NCBI RefSeq assembly: GCF_009834535.1
Contig: NC_045696.1
Span: 102,178,001-102,242,000 of the forward strand
DNA length: 64,000 bases
From: Camelus ferus
Taxonomy: Eukaryota
Reading direction: 5' to 3'
Of the stretch, positions 25,811 through 40,300 are shown in pieces. The position numbers were made by a program, and so were the translations under genes. Numbering within the stretch: position 1 is the stretch's first letter; each line of letters starts with the position of its first letter. Below the pieces are notes generated by a model that was given only the letters and a program-made list of their open reading frames with translations, was not told where the DNA came from and made no database searches.

Positions 25811-27691
25811 AGGGGCTGATCAATAGTGGAAGCCTGCTGTGAGATAATAAAACAATGAAATAAGGTGGTGTAAATAAAACTAATGTGTTCTTTGTTCACA
25901 ATAGGCATTCAGCCAATCTTAGGCCACTTACCTATCCTTTATAACAATCCTTTGTTACCTGTTCTTCTTCTCAGAATGCATTTGTGCACTGCTCACACCC
26001 CTCTCCCTTTTTATTCACTACTTCTCCACAGATCAATACATAGTCAAAACATTTCCGCAACAGTAGGAGGTCAGCTAAAGCTCTTGTGGAAAAACCTCCA
26101 ACAGACTGTGCAATCGGCAGAAATAGACAAATAACATTTTTAAATAAAGAAAGAAAAATATTTGATACCAAAACAACATTCATGGCAATCCTCCCAGTTC
26201 CTCAAAATACTTGACGTGCTTCGGTACCCTAAAAGTTTTCCTGTTACTGGTTGTTTTTTAATAGAAATTCTGTGAAGAGTGAAATATAATATTTCACAAG
26301 CTTTTTTTTCCTTAGAATTTCTGAAGACAGGCTAAAAAGCTGAGAAGTTAGCCCAAAAAATCTGTATAAATGCTTACTACATATATATTCTTTGCAAAAT
26401 TTCCTAGCTGTTTTTATTCTTTTTGCCTAAAATTTTGAAACATAATATTAAGAGGAAATAAATGATAAAAATATCTATGCACTTATATTAGATAAATACA
26501 TCTTAGCAATATTTTATCCAAAGCCAACCCTCAAAATAACAAACATATAGATAGAAGCATACAGTCTGCATGTTAAAAATATGCTTGGTTCTTTAAATTC
26601 TCTATTGCAGATACATTTGAAATGTCAATATTCAGTTCATGTAGTTCTATACTCTTAAGAATCATCAGCATTTAATTTATGAGTGTTTTTAGTTGGAAGA
26701 TTCTGCTGCTTAAAATTCAGTTCAATCCCCTTGGTTTGAGTTGAGGAATACTTACATCTAGTGTTTTTCCCAAAGCCCTCCTTCATGCCCAATTTCCCAT
26801 AATTAATCAAATCTTTAATTCAAAGTAGAATGCAGCCCCCACCACTTCCCCACCCCAGCTCAGGGCAATAACACAAAGAATAACAGAGCCCGGGGACAAA
26901 TAACACATTTGTCCCATGGTTGCTACTCCTCTGTTCCCAGGCAGCATCTAGCGTATGTGTGGCTTCACGTAGTGTTTAAAGCTGGGTATAATGATGGCTT
27001 AAAAAATAATTCGTGCAACCAGCCAGGAAGCAGCGGAGGGCCACTGTGGGTAGGAAGCACACAAGAACAGACGAGCTTATCTTCAAGGAGTGTGTGCCTT
27101 GGATGTGTTCATGAGATTAGTCAGCAGCAGAAAGACAAAGCCCCCAGCTTTGCCAAGGAGGCAAGGGGCAAACGAGGACCTGTGTCTGTGCTTGGAAAGT
27201 AGGAGCATTGGCAGAGGCAACAGAACCCTTGTAGTTGTCTTAGGGTTATGACTTATGGTTTTTAATATTAAATTACAGTATGAGAGAAACTTCTTCAGTC
27301 TCCTTAAGGCACACAGTGGAAAGCAAATGTCTAAGCAAATATGCCAGCATTTCCTATAAAATACAGCAAAGTAGTTGGCACTCGCTAGGAGAGGCCTGGA
27401 TTTGACTGTACAGTCTTTTGTTTATGAGTTTCCAAGTATAAATTTCCCAACTCATGATCAGACTATCGTTTATCCCTGGGAAGAATCTATTCCTTAATGC
27501 TTTTCTTTAGCTTTAAGCCTACAAGCTCCATGTTTAAAGCAAGTAGCAAGGTTTACCTGGGTTTCAATATCATAATTATTAGCAATTTTAACTCTACTGA
27601 CATCAACTCCATTTTCTAGCTGGGATAGTACTACCCTTTGACTTAGATGAGAAAGAAAATTGTTTTTAACTGGTATGTTTTTAAATTTCAG

Positions 27692-27780
27692 GGATAGTCG
27701 CCGTTCTCTTCTGTGGAGTCACACAGGCACATTATACGTACAACAATCTGTCGCTGGATTCCAAAACCAGGACTAAACAG
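27692..27780 (+). CDS. SLC9A9: SLC9A9/NHE9 internal coding exon (probably exon 9), 89 bp
   Basis: Acceptor is TTTCAG (AG ends at 27691). The first GG completes Gly, then [29 protein letters not shown], the conserved NHE6/7/9 motif. Donor is CAG|GTAAAA at 27781. The phase matches the previous exon. Confidence 0.96.
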
Positions 27781-28834
27781 GTAAAAGAAAAAGCTCACTA
27801 CAGGCTTTGTCTCTTTTCTCAGTGTAATGGTTATGTAGCAATTCTGGCAATGCACTCGGGAAGAATTTCATTAGTAAAGGAAGAAAAAAAAAGCTTAAGG
27901 CTTCATTATAGATTAGATATTTATAGATTTTTTTTTTCCTTCAGGATAACTATTAACAATTCTCTTGGTAAGCAAAAACATAGTTATAATAGTCTCTCCC
28001 TCCTGAGAAATGTGGACCGTAGACTGTCAGTCTTGAAGATGAAAGTCTCACTGTTGGTAATAACTCACAGTCACTTACATCTAAAAGCATTATAAAGCGT
28101 GTGCGATTGGGTAGTTACATAGAGAGAAGGAAATGGAGAAGAATTAGCAAGTGATGTTTGGTTTTTAATTGGGTGCTTTTGCTTCCAAGTAAACTCAACT
28201 GCCAGTTGTCACACAAGCAGGATGTATCTCTCAAGAACACATCTGTTTCAATATTTGCACATAAACACTCACAGATTCCTTCCACAAACATTTGCTGCAT
28301 AGCCACTCTGTGCCAAGCACTGTGCTAGGGACTAGGAATAAAAAGGCAGATACCTTTAAGTGGGTCATTATCAAATCTGTTGATAAAGACATGCAATGAA
28401 CAATTAATTATCCACAGTGTGATAAGTACTGTGATGGAAATATCTGTACAGATTGTTCTGGGAGAATTCAGCAGGGCCTCCACTCATGGTTAGGACTGGG
28501 AAGGTGAGGAGAAAGTTTCCAGAGCTGATAGCCCGATCTGGAGCTTGAAATACACATAGAAATTAATTAGATAAAGATGTGGGATTCATTGGGGGATGAG
28601 AAGGTGGCAAGAAGGGCATTCAAGGCCAAGGTTGTAGCATGGACAAAAGCTCTGAGGCAGATGATTGGAGCACTTTAAATAGCTCTATGTGGCTAGTGAA
28701 TGAGGTTGGGCTGAAGCTAGTGGAATACAGTGAGGGATGAGACCACACACATACCCAGCGACCAGATCATGAACAGACTTCCAAACCTTGTGAAGAAGTT
28801 TAGACTTTATCCTAAAGGTAAATGGGGAGGAGCT

Positions 28835-29235
28835 GAAACAAATAAACTTATTGTCTCAGACTGCTGGAGGCTAGAAGTCTGAGATCAAGGTACAGGCAGG
28901 ATTAGTTCCCTCTGAGGGCACTGAGGGAGAATCTGTTCTATTCCTCTTTCTTAGCCTCTGGTGTTTTTCTGGCAATCTTTGTGTTCTTTGGCTTCTAGAT
29001 ATATCATTCCTAATCTCTTCCTTCACATTCACACAGTATTTATCCCATGAGTATGCCTGTCTCCAAATTTCCACTTTTGATAAAGATATCAGTCATATTA
29101 GAATAGTTGAATAATATTCAACTTAACTAATTACATTTTCAATGACCCTATTTCCAGATACAGTTCAGATTCTGAGGTACTAGGGGTTAGGAATCCAACA
29201 CATGAATTTGGGAGGGCATCATTCAGCCCATAACA
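28835..29235 (-). mobile_element. MLT1C-like MaLR LTR
   Basis: ctggaggctagaagtctgagatcaagg...ctctgagggc...gagggagaatctgttc...ttctgaggtactaggggttagg...ttcagcccataaca. Confidence 0.85.
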
Positions 29236-29337
29236 GGAAGTCACTGGAGGGTCTTAAGTAGAATAATTTTAGGATAATTGAAGTTCTACTTTAGATATCA
29301 CTCTGGCAGACAAGAAGAGCATGATTCAAATGGCACT

Positions 29338-29785
29338 TGTATAGTTAGCTTTTGCTATGTAACAAGCAACCCCAGTGGCATCCAACAATATTTATTTATC
29401 ATGCATCTGCAGGGTTCAGCTCTTTTAATCCAGGTTGATCTGTGTGGCTCTACTTGTCTCTACTGGGCTGATTCACTGTCTGGGGGTTTGGTGGGGCTCT
29501 ATTCTAGGGTAGGCTTGGCTGGAGCACCGTAGCCAGTGCCATGTGTCTGTCATTCTTCTCCTGGCAAAAGAACAAGCCCACTGTGCAAGTTCACTTCAAG
29601 CCTCTGCTTGCATCACATTTCCTAAACATTCTACAGGCAAAAAAAATCACATGGCTGAGCCCAAGGTCAAGAGACTGAACAGGTCACCAGCCCACAGTGG
29701 GAGAGCACTGTAAAGTTATATGACAAGGAACATGGATATAGAAAATGATGAAGAATTGGACCAAATGATTGTAATCTATCCCAAA
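29338..29785 (-). mobile_element. Older MLT1 (MLT1J/K-like) MaLR LTR
   Basis: tgtatagttagcttttgctatgtaacaagcaacccc...aagcctctgcttgcatcac...cacatggctgagcccaaggtcaag...gaagaattgg. Confidence 0.75.
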
Positions 29786-30717
29786 GTGCAAATGGAGGTA
29801 GAGAGGCTCCTTATAATGAGCCCAATGATGTTGAGGACATCTGATGTGATACTGGGGCAGTGGCAGTGGCAAAAGCCGAAGTGATAGCTAAGCAAACCTG
29901 TAATTGGCTAGGAATGTGTAAACGATTTTTGAAGACTTACCTTAAAATTCTCTAAAATGGTCATTGTTTTCATCCCTCTCTCTTGGTCATGTCCCAAGCT
30001 CAGCTGGACCTGACCTCGCCTCCCACCTACCCAGGGACTCTTCAAGGTCACCCTTACCCTTTGCCCACCAGAGGACTCAGAAAATGCAATTACAGAAATT
30101 TTAAGGACCCCCGATTTTTTAAAAAATGAACAAATAATTGATACTAATATCTAGAAACCGCCAGTATAGTCTTCTAAGATCCTTTTAATTATGGTGACAA
30201 CTAGCATTCTCTAGAGTTTAAAGGAAAATATCTTGAGCTGGTTTTCCCTGACCTCATGTAGTTCTCTGAGCATTTGTATTCTTGGAAGCTGAACTCTGTT
30301 GAGGGACTTACACTTTTAAGTCATGCTATCTAGACTTCTCGGCAGAACTTCAAAGATAACTCATCTCATGGCGAGACAGCAGCCTAGCACCTAGGGGAGA
30401 CAAAGCCAAAATCAGTGCCCCACAGTGTTCTGTTCTCCTCTGAATGGCTTGACAAGCACTCCCTGATGGGCTGCCAGCATCCATTTTTACAGTAGTCTCC
30501 CTTAGGGAAGGAGATTTTTACAAGTTCATTTTTTAACATCCGGATAATTGCATCCCTCCATCTTTGTACCCCCCGTCGCCTTCTTTCCTTGGTGCCTGGT
30601 TCATCGTAGGCACTTAATGAGTGCTAATTCCCTTCCCTTCCTCACTTCTTTTCTTTCAAGATCTCTCATTTTCTATTTATTTTTTTCTCTCAATATAGCC
30701 ATATGTGGCATATGTGC

Positions 30718-30765
30718 ATATTTATACATGTGTGTATATATATATACATACATATATATATATAT
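30718..30765 (+). repeat. (TA)n-rich microsatellite
   Basis: Direct observation. Confidence 0.85.
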
Positions 30766-32079
30766 CTACTCACATATTCCTCACTCTGGTATATACAGTC
30801 TGATCTCATTGTAAAAATAATGAGATTAAGACCTTTAATTAACTTCACAGATCAGAAGTCCTTGGCCACATCTGCACCAATGTAGCAGGCAAAGTTTAAA
30901 CTCCATGTGGGAAACCAATTACAAATTGTAAAGATAAGCTGAGGCAGGTATTAAGATTGTGGCTATTTCCTCTCTGAAACTGGAAAAGGTTTAGAAAGTA
31001 TTATATGGTGACACATGGTTACAGAATACGTTATCTCCCTCTGCATCTCCCTGAGTTGTTCATTGTCAGTGGGAGAAGTAGCCTCTTTGCCTCCATCCCC
31101 AGGACTGTTTAATGGGATGTAAAGGAAGTCAGTTAGTGAAGTCTAAGGAAAATCTATGAAAATCAACTTTGTGTTATAAAATCCTTAGGTGATATGATTT
31201 ACAGAGGAATTTTATTCATGGACTATGCCTATAGCAGCTAATCAAATAGCTACATCTGAATACAAAGACCTTTGAGAATTAATATATCCTGTATAGCTTC
31301 AAGAATCAGAGTGCCTTTTAAAATTGCATTTTTACTTTAAAATATGTTTTGTAACTGATAATGACCATCTAGATGCAGGCAAATTAATTTTCACTCCAGC
31401 TCATGAAGAAACATGTAACATTACTGTGTGTAAGGCACAAAGCAGAATAATAAACACACCCTGGAGCTGCTACCTACCATAAGGATTTATATTTTCATAG
31501 GAAAGCACTCTAGTGACAGGTACATGAGCATATATGCAGCAGTCCCTTTCCCTGGACTCGGAGCGGTTTGCTTACTTTAGGGTGTGCACATATAGCCCTA
31601 GAGAAGACAGATACTATAAGCCGTGACTCTTGCCCTAGAAACTGAGAACTGCTAGAGATGGACATCAGCACACCGCAGCCTGTGAGCCTAGAGCTCTCAC
31701 TGAACCATCTGAAGACTGCATACTGACCGCATGACCCCACTCGTACAAACCCCAGCCTGCCTCCCACTCGCTTCCTCCCTCGTGGGAGGCTTAGGAGCCG
31801 GTAATCTGGGCCAGACTCCAGGGTGTTTCCATCATCTGTCTCTACCTTGCCTGAGGCTGATTTGCAAAACCATGTACTTCTTTATTATTCCTTTGAACTA
31901 GAATTTCTCCTTCTCTTCCTGCAGTTTCCACCTAAAATTTACTTCCAACAGATACACATGAACATATGAGATTAATTGAAATAATTAATATCTGTGATAC
32001 ATTAACATGTACAATTACTTATTTAATTTTTCCTTATTTCTCCACCTAAGAGGTAGCTCTCCTTATTATCACTGATAAC

Positions 32080-33480
32080 CTTCATTCACTCAACTAATAT
32101 TTATTAAGAGCCTGCCTTGTGCCAGCCACTCTTCAAGGTGCTGAAATACAAGAGTGAACCAAAAAGAATTGCTAATAGAGGAGCTTTATAGTAATCAAAA
32201 TAAATAAGCAAAATATATAGTGCATCTGTGGTAAGTTATAAGGCCAATAATAAAGCAAGAAAGGGAGGTAGGAGTGTGTGTATGGGGAGGCAGATTGCTA
32301 TTTTATTTTTGTTGTTGTTGTTGTTGATTTGTTTATTTTGGTGTTCGGGGTGGGGGTGGTTACTATTTGAGACAGAGTGGCCAGGGAAGGCCTCAATAAG
32401 AAGGTGATTCTTGAAAGAAATTTTAAAAAGATCTATGTGGGTATTTGGGGCAGAGCTATCCAGAGGTTGGGAACAATACATTAATAACAGCATCCTGGGA
32501 CAGGGTGACCAATGTGGCTAAGGTGGAGTGGACCACGGGAGAATAGGAAAGACAATATCAGAGCAGTGACAAGGGATGTGTCCTGGAAAGCCTGAACAAG
32601 CTGGGAAAACACTGGAGGATTTTACGTTCAGGCATGGCATGATATGATTTAAGTTTTAAAAGAATAGATGTGCCATTTATTAGCTGAGAAAGACTGTAAG
32701 ATAGCAAGTTTGAGGGACAATCAAGAACCAAGTGTTGACTTGCTACACTGGAGATATGTATTAGTCAATAAAGCAGAGCTGTTGATAGCCAGTTTCAAAC
32801 ATAGAATTTTGGAGTTCAGGAGAGAAGTCTAGACTAGAATAATATATAATACTGTTATGTATTGTACTATAAAATGTTACTATACTTTATTATACTATTA
32901 TATTATATATAATATGTAATACTATATTATACTATTGTATAATAGTATAAATTTGGAAGTCATTAGTGTAGAAATGATATTGAAAACATGAGACTGGAGG
33001 AGATCTCCAAGGGAGTAATAGAAAAAAGATCCAAGAACCAGGCTTTGAGGCACTCCAATGGTGTAAGAAGTCAGGAACTAGCAAAGAAGAACGAGAGGGA
33101 GTAGCCAATAGGGAGAAGGAAAATCAAGAAAATATAGTGTCCTGGGAATCAAATGAAGAGAATGTCTCAAGAAGGAGCACGATGATGGTGCCAAATACTG
33201 CTGAAAGGTCAAGTAAGATGAAGGTCATGAACGTCATTGATGACGCTGATAAGAACCATATTGGTGGAGTGTCAGGTAAAAGCCTGAATATAATGGCTTC
33301 GAGAGAGAATAGAAAGAAAGAAGTTGGAAACTGTGTGTGCAGACAAGTCTTTCAAAGGGTGGGGAGCTGAGATGTGAGATGATAGCTGGAGGGAGAAATG
33401 AGGCTAAAAGAAAAATCTTTTTATTTTTAAGATGGAAGAGGTAACAGTACTTTTGTATGTGGATGGGAATAATAAAGTAT
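32080..33480 (-). mobile_element. L2 LINE with embedded (GTT)n and AT-rich low-complexity insert
   Basis: cattcactcaactaatatttattaagagcctgccttgtgccag...ggagttcaggagagaagtctag...aatttggaagtcattag...caaatactgctgaaaggtcaagtaagatg. Confidence 0.85.
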
Positions 33481-34109
33481 AGAACACTGTGTGTTAGAGG
33501 ATTTGCCCAGACTTATGAGTGGCAGAAGTAAATTTTGAACTTAGAATTTTTGAATTTGTAGTTTTACTTTGTAGTTTGCCTCTTAATAATGTTCTTTGAT
33601 TAGTGGATGGGATTAATAGCAATTGTGGGCCTTAGCATCATTTATTCAGTAAATCTTCAATAAATAGATGAATGAAGTTTTGCTATCTTTGTTGCACTTT
33701 AAGCTAATTAGACATTTATCTTATATTTAATTCTATTATCTCTGAAAGTCTAACAATTTCAGTGCATTTTATTTGTTTGTTTGTTTGTTTATTTTTACTA
33801 AAATACAGATTGGGATGGACATAGATATTTTAATGCATTTATTTTGAGAAACCAGATCCTTGTCTACCATTTATGAGCAAACAATGACATTTCATTACAG
33901 CACATTCTTTCCAGATGCTTATTTTATTTCCATTCCCCCTGGATGATATTTGGAGTGTTTATTACCATTAAGTGGAAAAGCAGCAATGCAAATCCAGATT
34001 TAAATTTTTGATTAAAAACAATACAGTGGGAGCCAAATTGGATGTGCTGTGCATGACTTTGTAAGAAAATTAAGAAAAAAGAAATCTGGAATGTGGGAGA
34101 AGCTGAATG

Positions 34110-34260
34110 ATATGGTGGAAAGAACACTTGACCAAAAGTTCAGAAAGCTGGGGTTTGCCCCTTAATCTCTACAACTGATTGTGGGGCCTTGGATAATTAA
34201 TTTAACACCTGTGAGCTTCAGTTTTCTCATTTATAAAATGAATGATTGAACTATATGACT
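34110..34260 (+). mobile_element. MIR SINE
   Basis: ccttggataattaatttaacacctgtgagcttcagttttctcatttataaaatg. Confidence 0.7.
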
Positions 34261-34699
34261 GGATTTTAAGAAACATCCTCTAAACCTAGTATTCTGTGAC
34301 TTGGCACAAAGCACAAGATATGCATCTGGTTCCCTCTTCCAGACCAGGATTGGGCAGGGAGCGCTGGTTTACAGACTGCAGTGCATAGAGATGAGAGGAG
34401 ACATTGCTCTTGTTGGCAAATCATCAGGTAGACCATTTTAATAAGTTGTCAAATCAAATCCAAGGATGAAGCGATCAAACATCAAAGGCCCTGGTTCACT
34501 CTGGGGTGAAAAATTTCTCTGAGGGCTGGACACCTCTTCCTGGAAAAATTCTCTGCTCCTGAGTTATTGCATGGGGTTTTTCAAGTACTGCCTGCATCCT
34601 TGGAGTAGAGAATATAGAGCTTACATTGCTACCACTCAGTATTGGGGTCTGAATGAAGGGCTTCCCAGCCCTTCATTTCAAGCTTGGACTGAGTGTGGA

Positions 34700-35370
34700 C
34701 TAAGCACCATATGTCTGCATGGCAGGCACCATGCTAGAAGCCAGAGAGGCAAAGGCAAATAAGAAATGATTCTCACCCTTAAGAGCTCCTAATGTAGCAG
34801 GGGACACATGCATATACATACATGCACGCACACACATGCACAAACAAGAATCCCATGTGGCAGATGTTAACATAGAGGGATACACAAGGTGTCATGGGAA
34901 CCAGAGGACTGCATTTCTTCCTGGAGGCAAGGAGTTCATGGGAAGCTGATTATGGATTGAGTGTTTTGGAGATGAGTCTAAGGATAATTAGGAGATTTTC
35001 TTCCAGATTTCTTGGGGAATGAAAGCAAAGAGAAAAGAGTATGCCAAGGCATAAAACTAAGAATGAGCTTGACAAGTCCCAGAAACAAAGATAGTAGTAC
35101 ACTCTGACTGGGGCCCAGGTTGCCTTGGGGAAGTGGGTAGGAGTGTTTGGGCTGTGGGTACAGGCTGTGGAGCAGGAAAGGGAAGGCTGTGGGAGTGTGT
35201 TGAAAATTAAAATGGAGAGGTGAATTCAGGTGGACATTTTAGTGTCTCAGATTTAAAAGAACTATATTCTATAAGACTAACACTTGCTTAAGGCTTTTAG
35301 ACATGGAGATGATGATAATAATCAGATCTGTGCCTTGCAAAGATAATGAAGATAGCATCATGGAGGAAAT
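34700..35370 (-). mobile_element. Degenerate L2 LINE
   Basis: gcaggcaccatgctag...ctcacccttaagagctc...aatcagatctgtgccttg. Confidence 0.5.
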
Positions 35371-36830
35371 GACATCAACTCATGGCATCAATCTCACTGC
35401 TCATCGCACTTCCTTTTGATATATACTTACATGTGTAACATCTAAATTTATCTTAACCTTCTGTAGCTCTAGACATACTTTTGTCCTGTCTAATGTCTTA
35501 AGATGTTGTGGTCTATATGAAAGTTTATGGAAATTTACCATTTGGTTTTGTGTTGAACTTAGGAGTTCATTAAATTCTTGCTGAGTTAACAAGTGAATGA
35601 ATGAATGAATTGTAACCATTAACATTCCAAGATAAAAAATAGGGGAAACAATATTTGCTAATTAATGGTTTCATTTAATTTTGATATGATGCATTAATTT
35701 AAATATAATGAGTTTGATGTATAAAGCAAATGTCTAGGGTAATCCTGAGATATTGAAAGGAAGATCAAGTATAATTCCATTACTTGTGTGAGTTTCCTGC
35801 AGTGTGCCTCTGCCTTATTGATTTGCATTACAGTGATTTTTGATTATGGCTTTGTGTAATTTTTCTCCATCACTTTTAACAAAAGCAGGCACGTTCCATC
35901 CCAGTTACCTATTCTGAGGCACAGCGGAGAGAGAAAATTGTGGGCAACAATGCCCCTGCCTCCCTGGCTTCTGAGAAGTAAGATCAAAGATATCTTCATA
36001 AAGCATAGAATTGCCTTTTTTAAAAACTCTAATTACATTTCTTTTGTCAAGATTTCTACCACTTTTCTTCTTCCTTTCATTCAAAGTACCTTTAAAAATA
36101 CCATCCTAGAAGGGTTGAATTCATAAATGATGGCAAAGTGTTTAAATTTCTCCTTAGCTAAGCTGGTGATTCTTTTCAATGAAACTCATTATATTGTATA
36201 AAGGACATTTAGTAGTTCAGCTAATAAGTGTTCTCTTTTAAATGCTAATGAGAGTGGAGCTCCAACATCATGGCAAGAACACACTGTACTTTCAGTGCCC
36301 AGAAAGAATGATTGTCTGTGAACCACTAGTTAAGAAGCCTTACACCACAACCAACTTGCAATGTAGTAAGAACCACAAATGACCATTAGGCACCTCAATA
36401 TTAGGTATCTCCTATACACCAGGTACTGGGACTCAGGGAGAAATAAAGCTAAGTAAGACATGAGATGTGCTTTCCCTTGAAAATTTCTCAGGTAAATTTT
36501 TTCTATGATAAAGCTATAACTGTACTGTAACTTCTCAATTAAATTTTAGCTACTCTTTTAACCACACATCTGTGTTTGTTTATCATAGTATATAATTGCA
36601 GTTGGAAGTTTTAAGTCATAAAATCCAAGAGGTTCCAAGCAAGGTGGAACTATAGAGATAAACTTTTAAACCCAGAATTTTGTTGAAGGAAACTGAAGCC
36701 CAAGCAAGTTTGAGGATATGAGGGATAGAATCAGTTGACCCAGGGGCCAACCTGGACATAGAACAGTGCTCAAGAGATACGTATTGTAAGCTAAAAATAC
36801 ATAGTACCCACCTCTAAAAGTAGCCTTTGA

Positions 36831-37361
36831 TGTATTAGTTATCTATTGCTGTATAACAAGTTATCCCCAAATTTATCAGTTAAAACAGCAAACTTGTATT
36901 ATATCATATAGTTTTGTGGGATCAGAATCTAGGAGCATCATCTTAGCTAGGTAGTTCCTGCTCAGGGTCTCACATGAGGTTGCAGACAAACTGTTGGCCC
37001 AGCAGTGTAGTGTCTGAAGACTTGACTGAGCCTAGAGGATCCACTCCAGGATGTCTCACTCACATGGCCATTGTCAGAAGGCCTCAGTTCTTCACCATGT
37101 GTCTTCCATAGGGCTGCTTGGGTGTCCTCATGATGTCAAAGTTACTTTCCCCCAGAGCATGTGTACAGAGAGAAAGCAAGAAGAATGCAGCAATGCCTTT
37201 TGTTAACTAGTCTCTGAAGTCACACATTGTCACTTCTGCCATATTCTATTTGTTAGAAGCAGGTCACTTAGACCAGTCCACACTCAATGGGAGGAGAATA
37301 AGCTCCACCTCTTGCAAAGAGGAGTATCAGAGAATTGTGGGCATAGTTTAAAACTACCATG
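36831..37361 (-). mobile_element. MLT1F/G/H-like MaLR solo LTR
   Basis: Begins tgtattagttatctattgctgtataacaa, contains ctcagggtctcacatgaggttgcag and cacttctgccatattctatttgttagaagc, and ends tttaaaactaccat. Confidence 0.85.
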
Positions 37362-40300
37362 GAACTTGATGTCATTTTTGGAAGTAATTTTTTTTATAAT
37401 AATTTCAATATCTTATATGGTTGAATATTTAGGTTTTCTACTTCTTTAGTCAACTTTACTTTCCTAGTGTACTATCTAGTCTCTCCAGATTTTCAAAAAT
37501 TTTAATAACAACAACTGTTGAACACTACAGTGTGCCAGGTACTATAAATATATGTTTCATATAAGTTATTCTAATTAATATTCATAAAAAATCCATGAGG
37601 TAAATAGTAGTATTAGTCAGATTTTTTTAAGCCTTAGACAAGTTAACATGGTTACCTAAAGAATGGGATTGTGCATCATAACACATTGTTTTTAATGTCT
37701 TTTTCATCTATTTGATTATAGACTTTTCCTGTAGAAAATGATGTGTGTGTGTTTTCCCCCTTCTTTAATTTAACTGCATACTATACTGATCATTTTAAGA
37801 CACAGCATTTGGATTTGTTTATCCTTTCCACTACCACGTTCTCTAATTCATTCCTTTCTCCTTTTATCACTACCATTTTCTTCCTCCCATTGGGTATCTT
37901 TGCTTCTACCCTGTTCCCTTTAATAGATGACAGTGCACCTAAGTAACCTTGTCCCTGCTGACCAACCCTCCTCCCTTTGCTCTTCTTTTCCTTTCTCAAC
38001 CGTAACACCAAACCTGACATGGCCTTAACAGGTAGAGCCAAGGATGTCATTTCTTTTTCCACCAAAGTATTGATGCTATCACATCTTCTATTCACCTCTT
38101 TATCTTGTAACAGATATTTTATTCCACTTTGCCGCTGTTGATTTTCTCTTTCCTCAGGATTCATCAGTGCTCCATGTAGCTAAGAGTAATTGAGCATTAT
38201 TGCTGCTTTCTTCTGCTTCCTCATCCCAATAATAAAAGACTCTGTATCTGAGTCACCTGTCAGGACTGTCACCCGATAGGCAACATCTTTTGTGGCCCAT
38301 ATTAATTCACCATGACATTTCTTGCCAACAAGATTCCGAGTCTTCTCTTAATTTTTGTCTTATTCATCTTTCAAAAGCCCAAGAAAGGGTACTTTCTTCA
38401 TTCAGAATTTTCTAAAATTTAATTTTTACTACATTTCCCCCAAAATAATGGCTTTATGTTCTCTACTCTGTGTTTTCCCTAAGAGGGCACTGTAAATCAT
38501 TAATTTATTTATAGGGAAAACACCACCCTGTAGAGCTTCAGCTTCTCAGAGAGATGGTCCTCTCAATCCCTCTCTCACTCCTGCCCTTTGTCTCACTCTT
38601 TTCTTCTCTCATTTCTTTCACCTTCAGGAAAAAAAAAGTCATCATTCATGTTTAAGTATCAACATATAAATACATACAGTCCATGTCCTTCTATGTATGA
38701 GTCTGATTCAAAGCATAATGGAAAAATTTATCTGAATAGGATTTAAGAGATCAGCTGGCCTGGTACCCACTTTGATGGCATTCAAGACAGATGGTTGTTC
38801 ATTATTACCTTAAAATTTCTCAGGATGGCAATGGCATAACCCCTTTGAATAGCCCATTATAGTTTTATCACCCTGCTTGATAGGTGCAGGTATGAAGGGC
38901 TTTGGTCTCATAATGGCATTTTGGGATGATAAATGGAAATTACTGTAATTTTTCTACTCATTTTAATTAAATTTTACTGACGCAGCACAGAAAACATCGA
39001 GGCTGAATACATGTGCCTGAGTGTGTGTTTGTTAAAGAATACTGCCAAATTTAAGGATGCCATTTCCTTGATGGTTTTGAAAGATGCAGCAAATGGATTT
39101 AATAAAATGTTGAGTCTTTTATGCAGTTCCCTCCAAAGAGAAGTTGAACTGCTTCTGGAGGCACAGCTGAAAAATCCAAAGAAGCCCATCAGGGGAGAGA
39201 AGATAGGGAACTCCAAAGTGCCTGAGAGGGAGCTCTAATGAATGAGAACGAGAGTTTGGGTTTAGGAAAGCCGCTTAATGCAATTGTTCTGGGTTACACT
39301 GAGAAAGAACTTGACTGCAGTCAGCAGTGACTGCTCTGTTCTTGAGGGAGAAGAGAACGTCCCTTCTAATGGACCTGTTTTAGCAGTGAACACCCAAATA
39401 ACAAGCTACTCCTGATACATTCTTCCATTGGTTCCAAGCTGTTAAAAATTGTGCTTGAAAACATGTTTCTTCTCCCTTTTTGTACTGTGTCTTGCTCCAT
39501 TCACATTAAATTTCAAGGACAAATCAGAGGGGCAAAGATACCTGATAGAAAATAAAGGAAGTCTTCTGTTGAGAAAGAATGTCTAATCTTTTCTGAGTCA
39601 TTGTAGGTGACTGAATTTACACAACTCTTCTCTTCCCCAGAGATCTGTGAAAATGTGGTTGTCAGGACTCAGATCTGGAAAAAAGTGTTATTTTGGGTTT
39701 CTAGGACAATGACTTCATACTTCACTCAGCACATGTCATCCTCTGACACACTTTTCCTTTCTAAAGATTCTGTTCTGATGACAGCATAGAGACCTACAAC
39801 ATAGGGCTGAGGTAGAACATCTCTTGGACAGCTAGAAACAGACAGGCAGTGAGGGGCTCCAGGTAGCACGTGGGCTGGGAACCAGCCGAGTTTCAGTATT
39901 CTGAGTTCTGACACAGCAGAATTTCTATGAGCAGCCCTCGGGGGTCTTTCCTAGGGCCACAAGGTGAACCATAGCTTAACTGTTTATACCCTTCTGCAGA
40001 TGTTCACCAGTGGTAGTTTGCAGGCTGATGTCATAATGATTCAATTTTATGACACTGCCTATACTCAACCCCAAAATAAATTAATGATTTACACCACCTT
40101 CTTAGGGAAAACACCACCATTCTTCCCCTTTGTGTTTGGTTTTTTGCTTGCTTTTATAATACCAAGTTGGGGTAGGTGGCCTACAGGCGTCTTTTGCTTC
40201 ACCCAAGTATATTAGAGACAAAAGAGTTTGAGACCATCTAACCTTCCAGGGAAAAAGTAATCTGATCTTAAGGGAACATTTCTAGTTTCCTTGGCTTTAC

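Larger units (their letters stand above)
28270..29900 (-). mobile_element. L2 LINE interrupted by two MaLR LTRs
   Basis: L2 tail ttccacaaacatttgctg...ctgtgccaagcactgtgctaggg. L2 sequence resumes after each LTR (about 29236-29335 and 29790-29900). Confidence 0.7.

Noticed and set aside
32838..32950. AT-rich quasi-palindromic tract including ttatactatt-gtat-aatagtataa
   Set aside because: Low-complexity TA expansion within an L2; self-complementarity is trivial.
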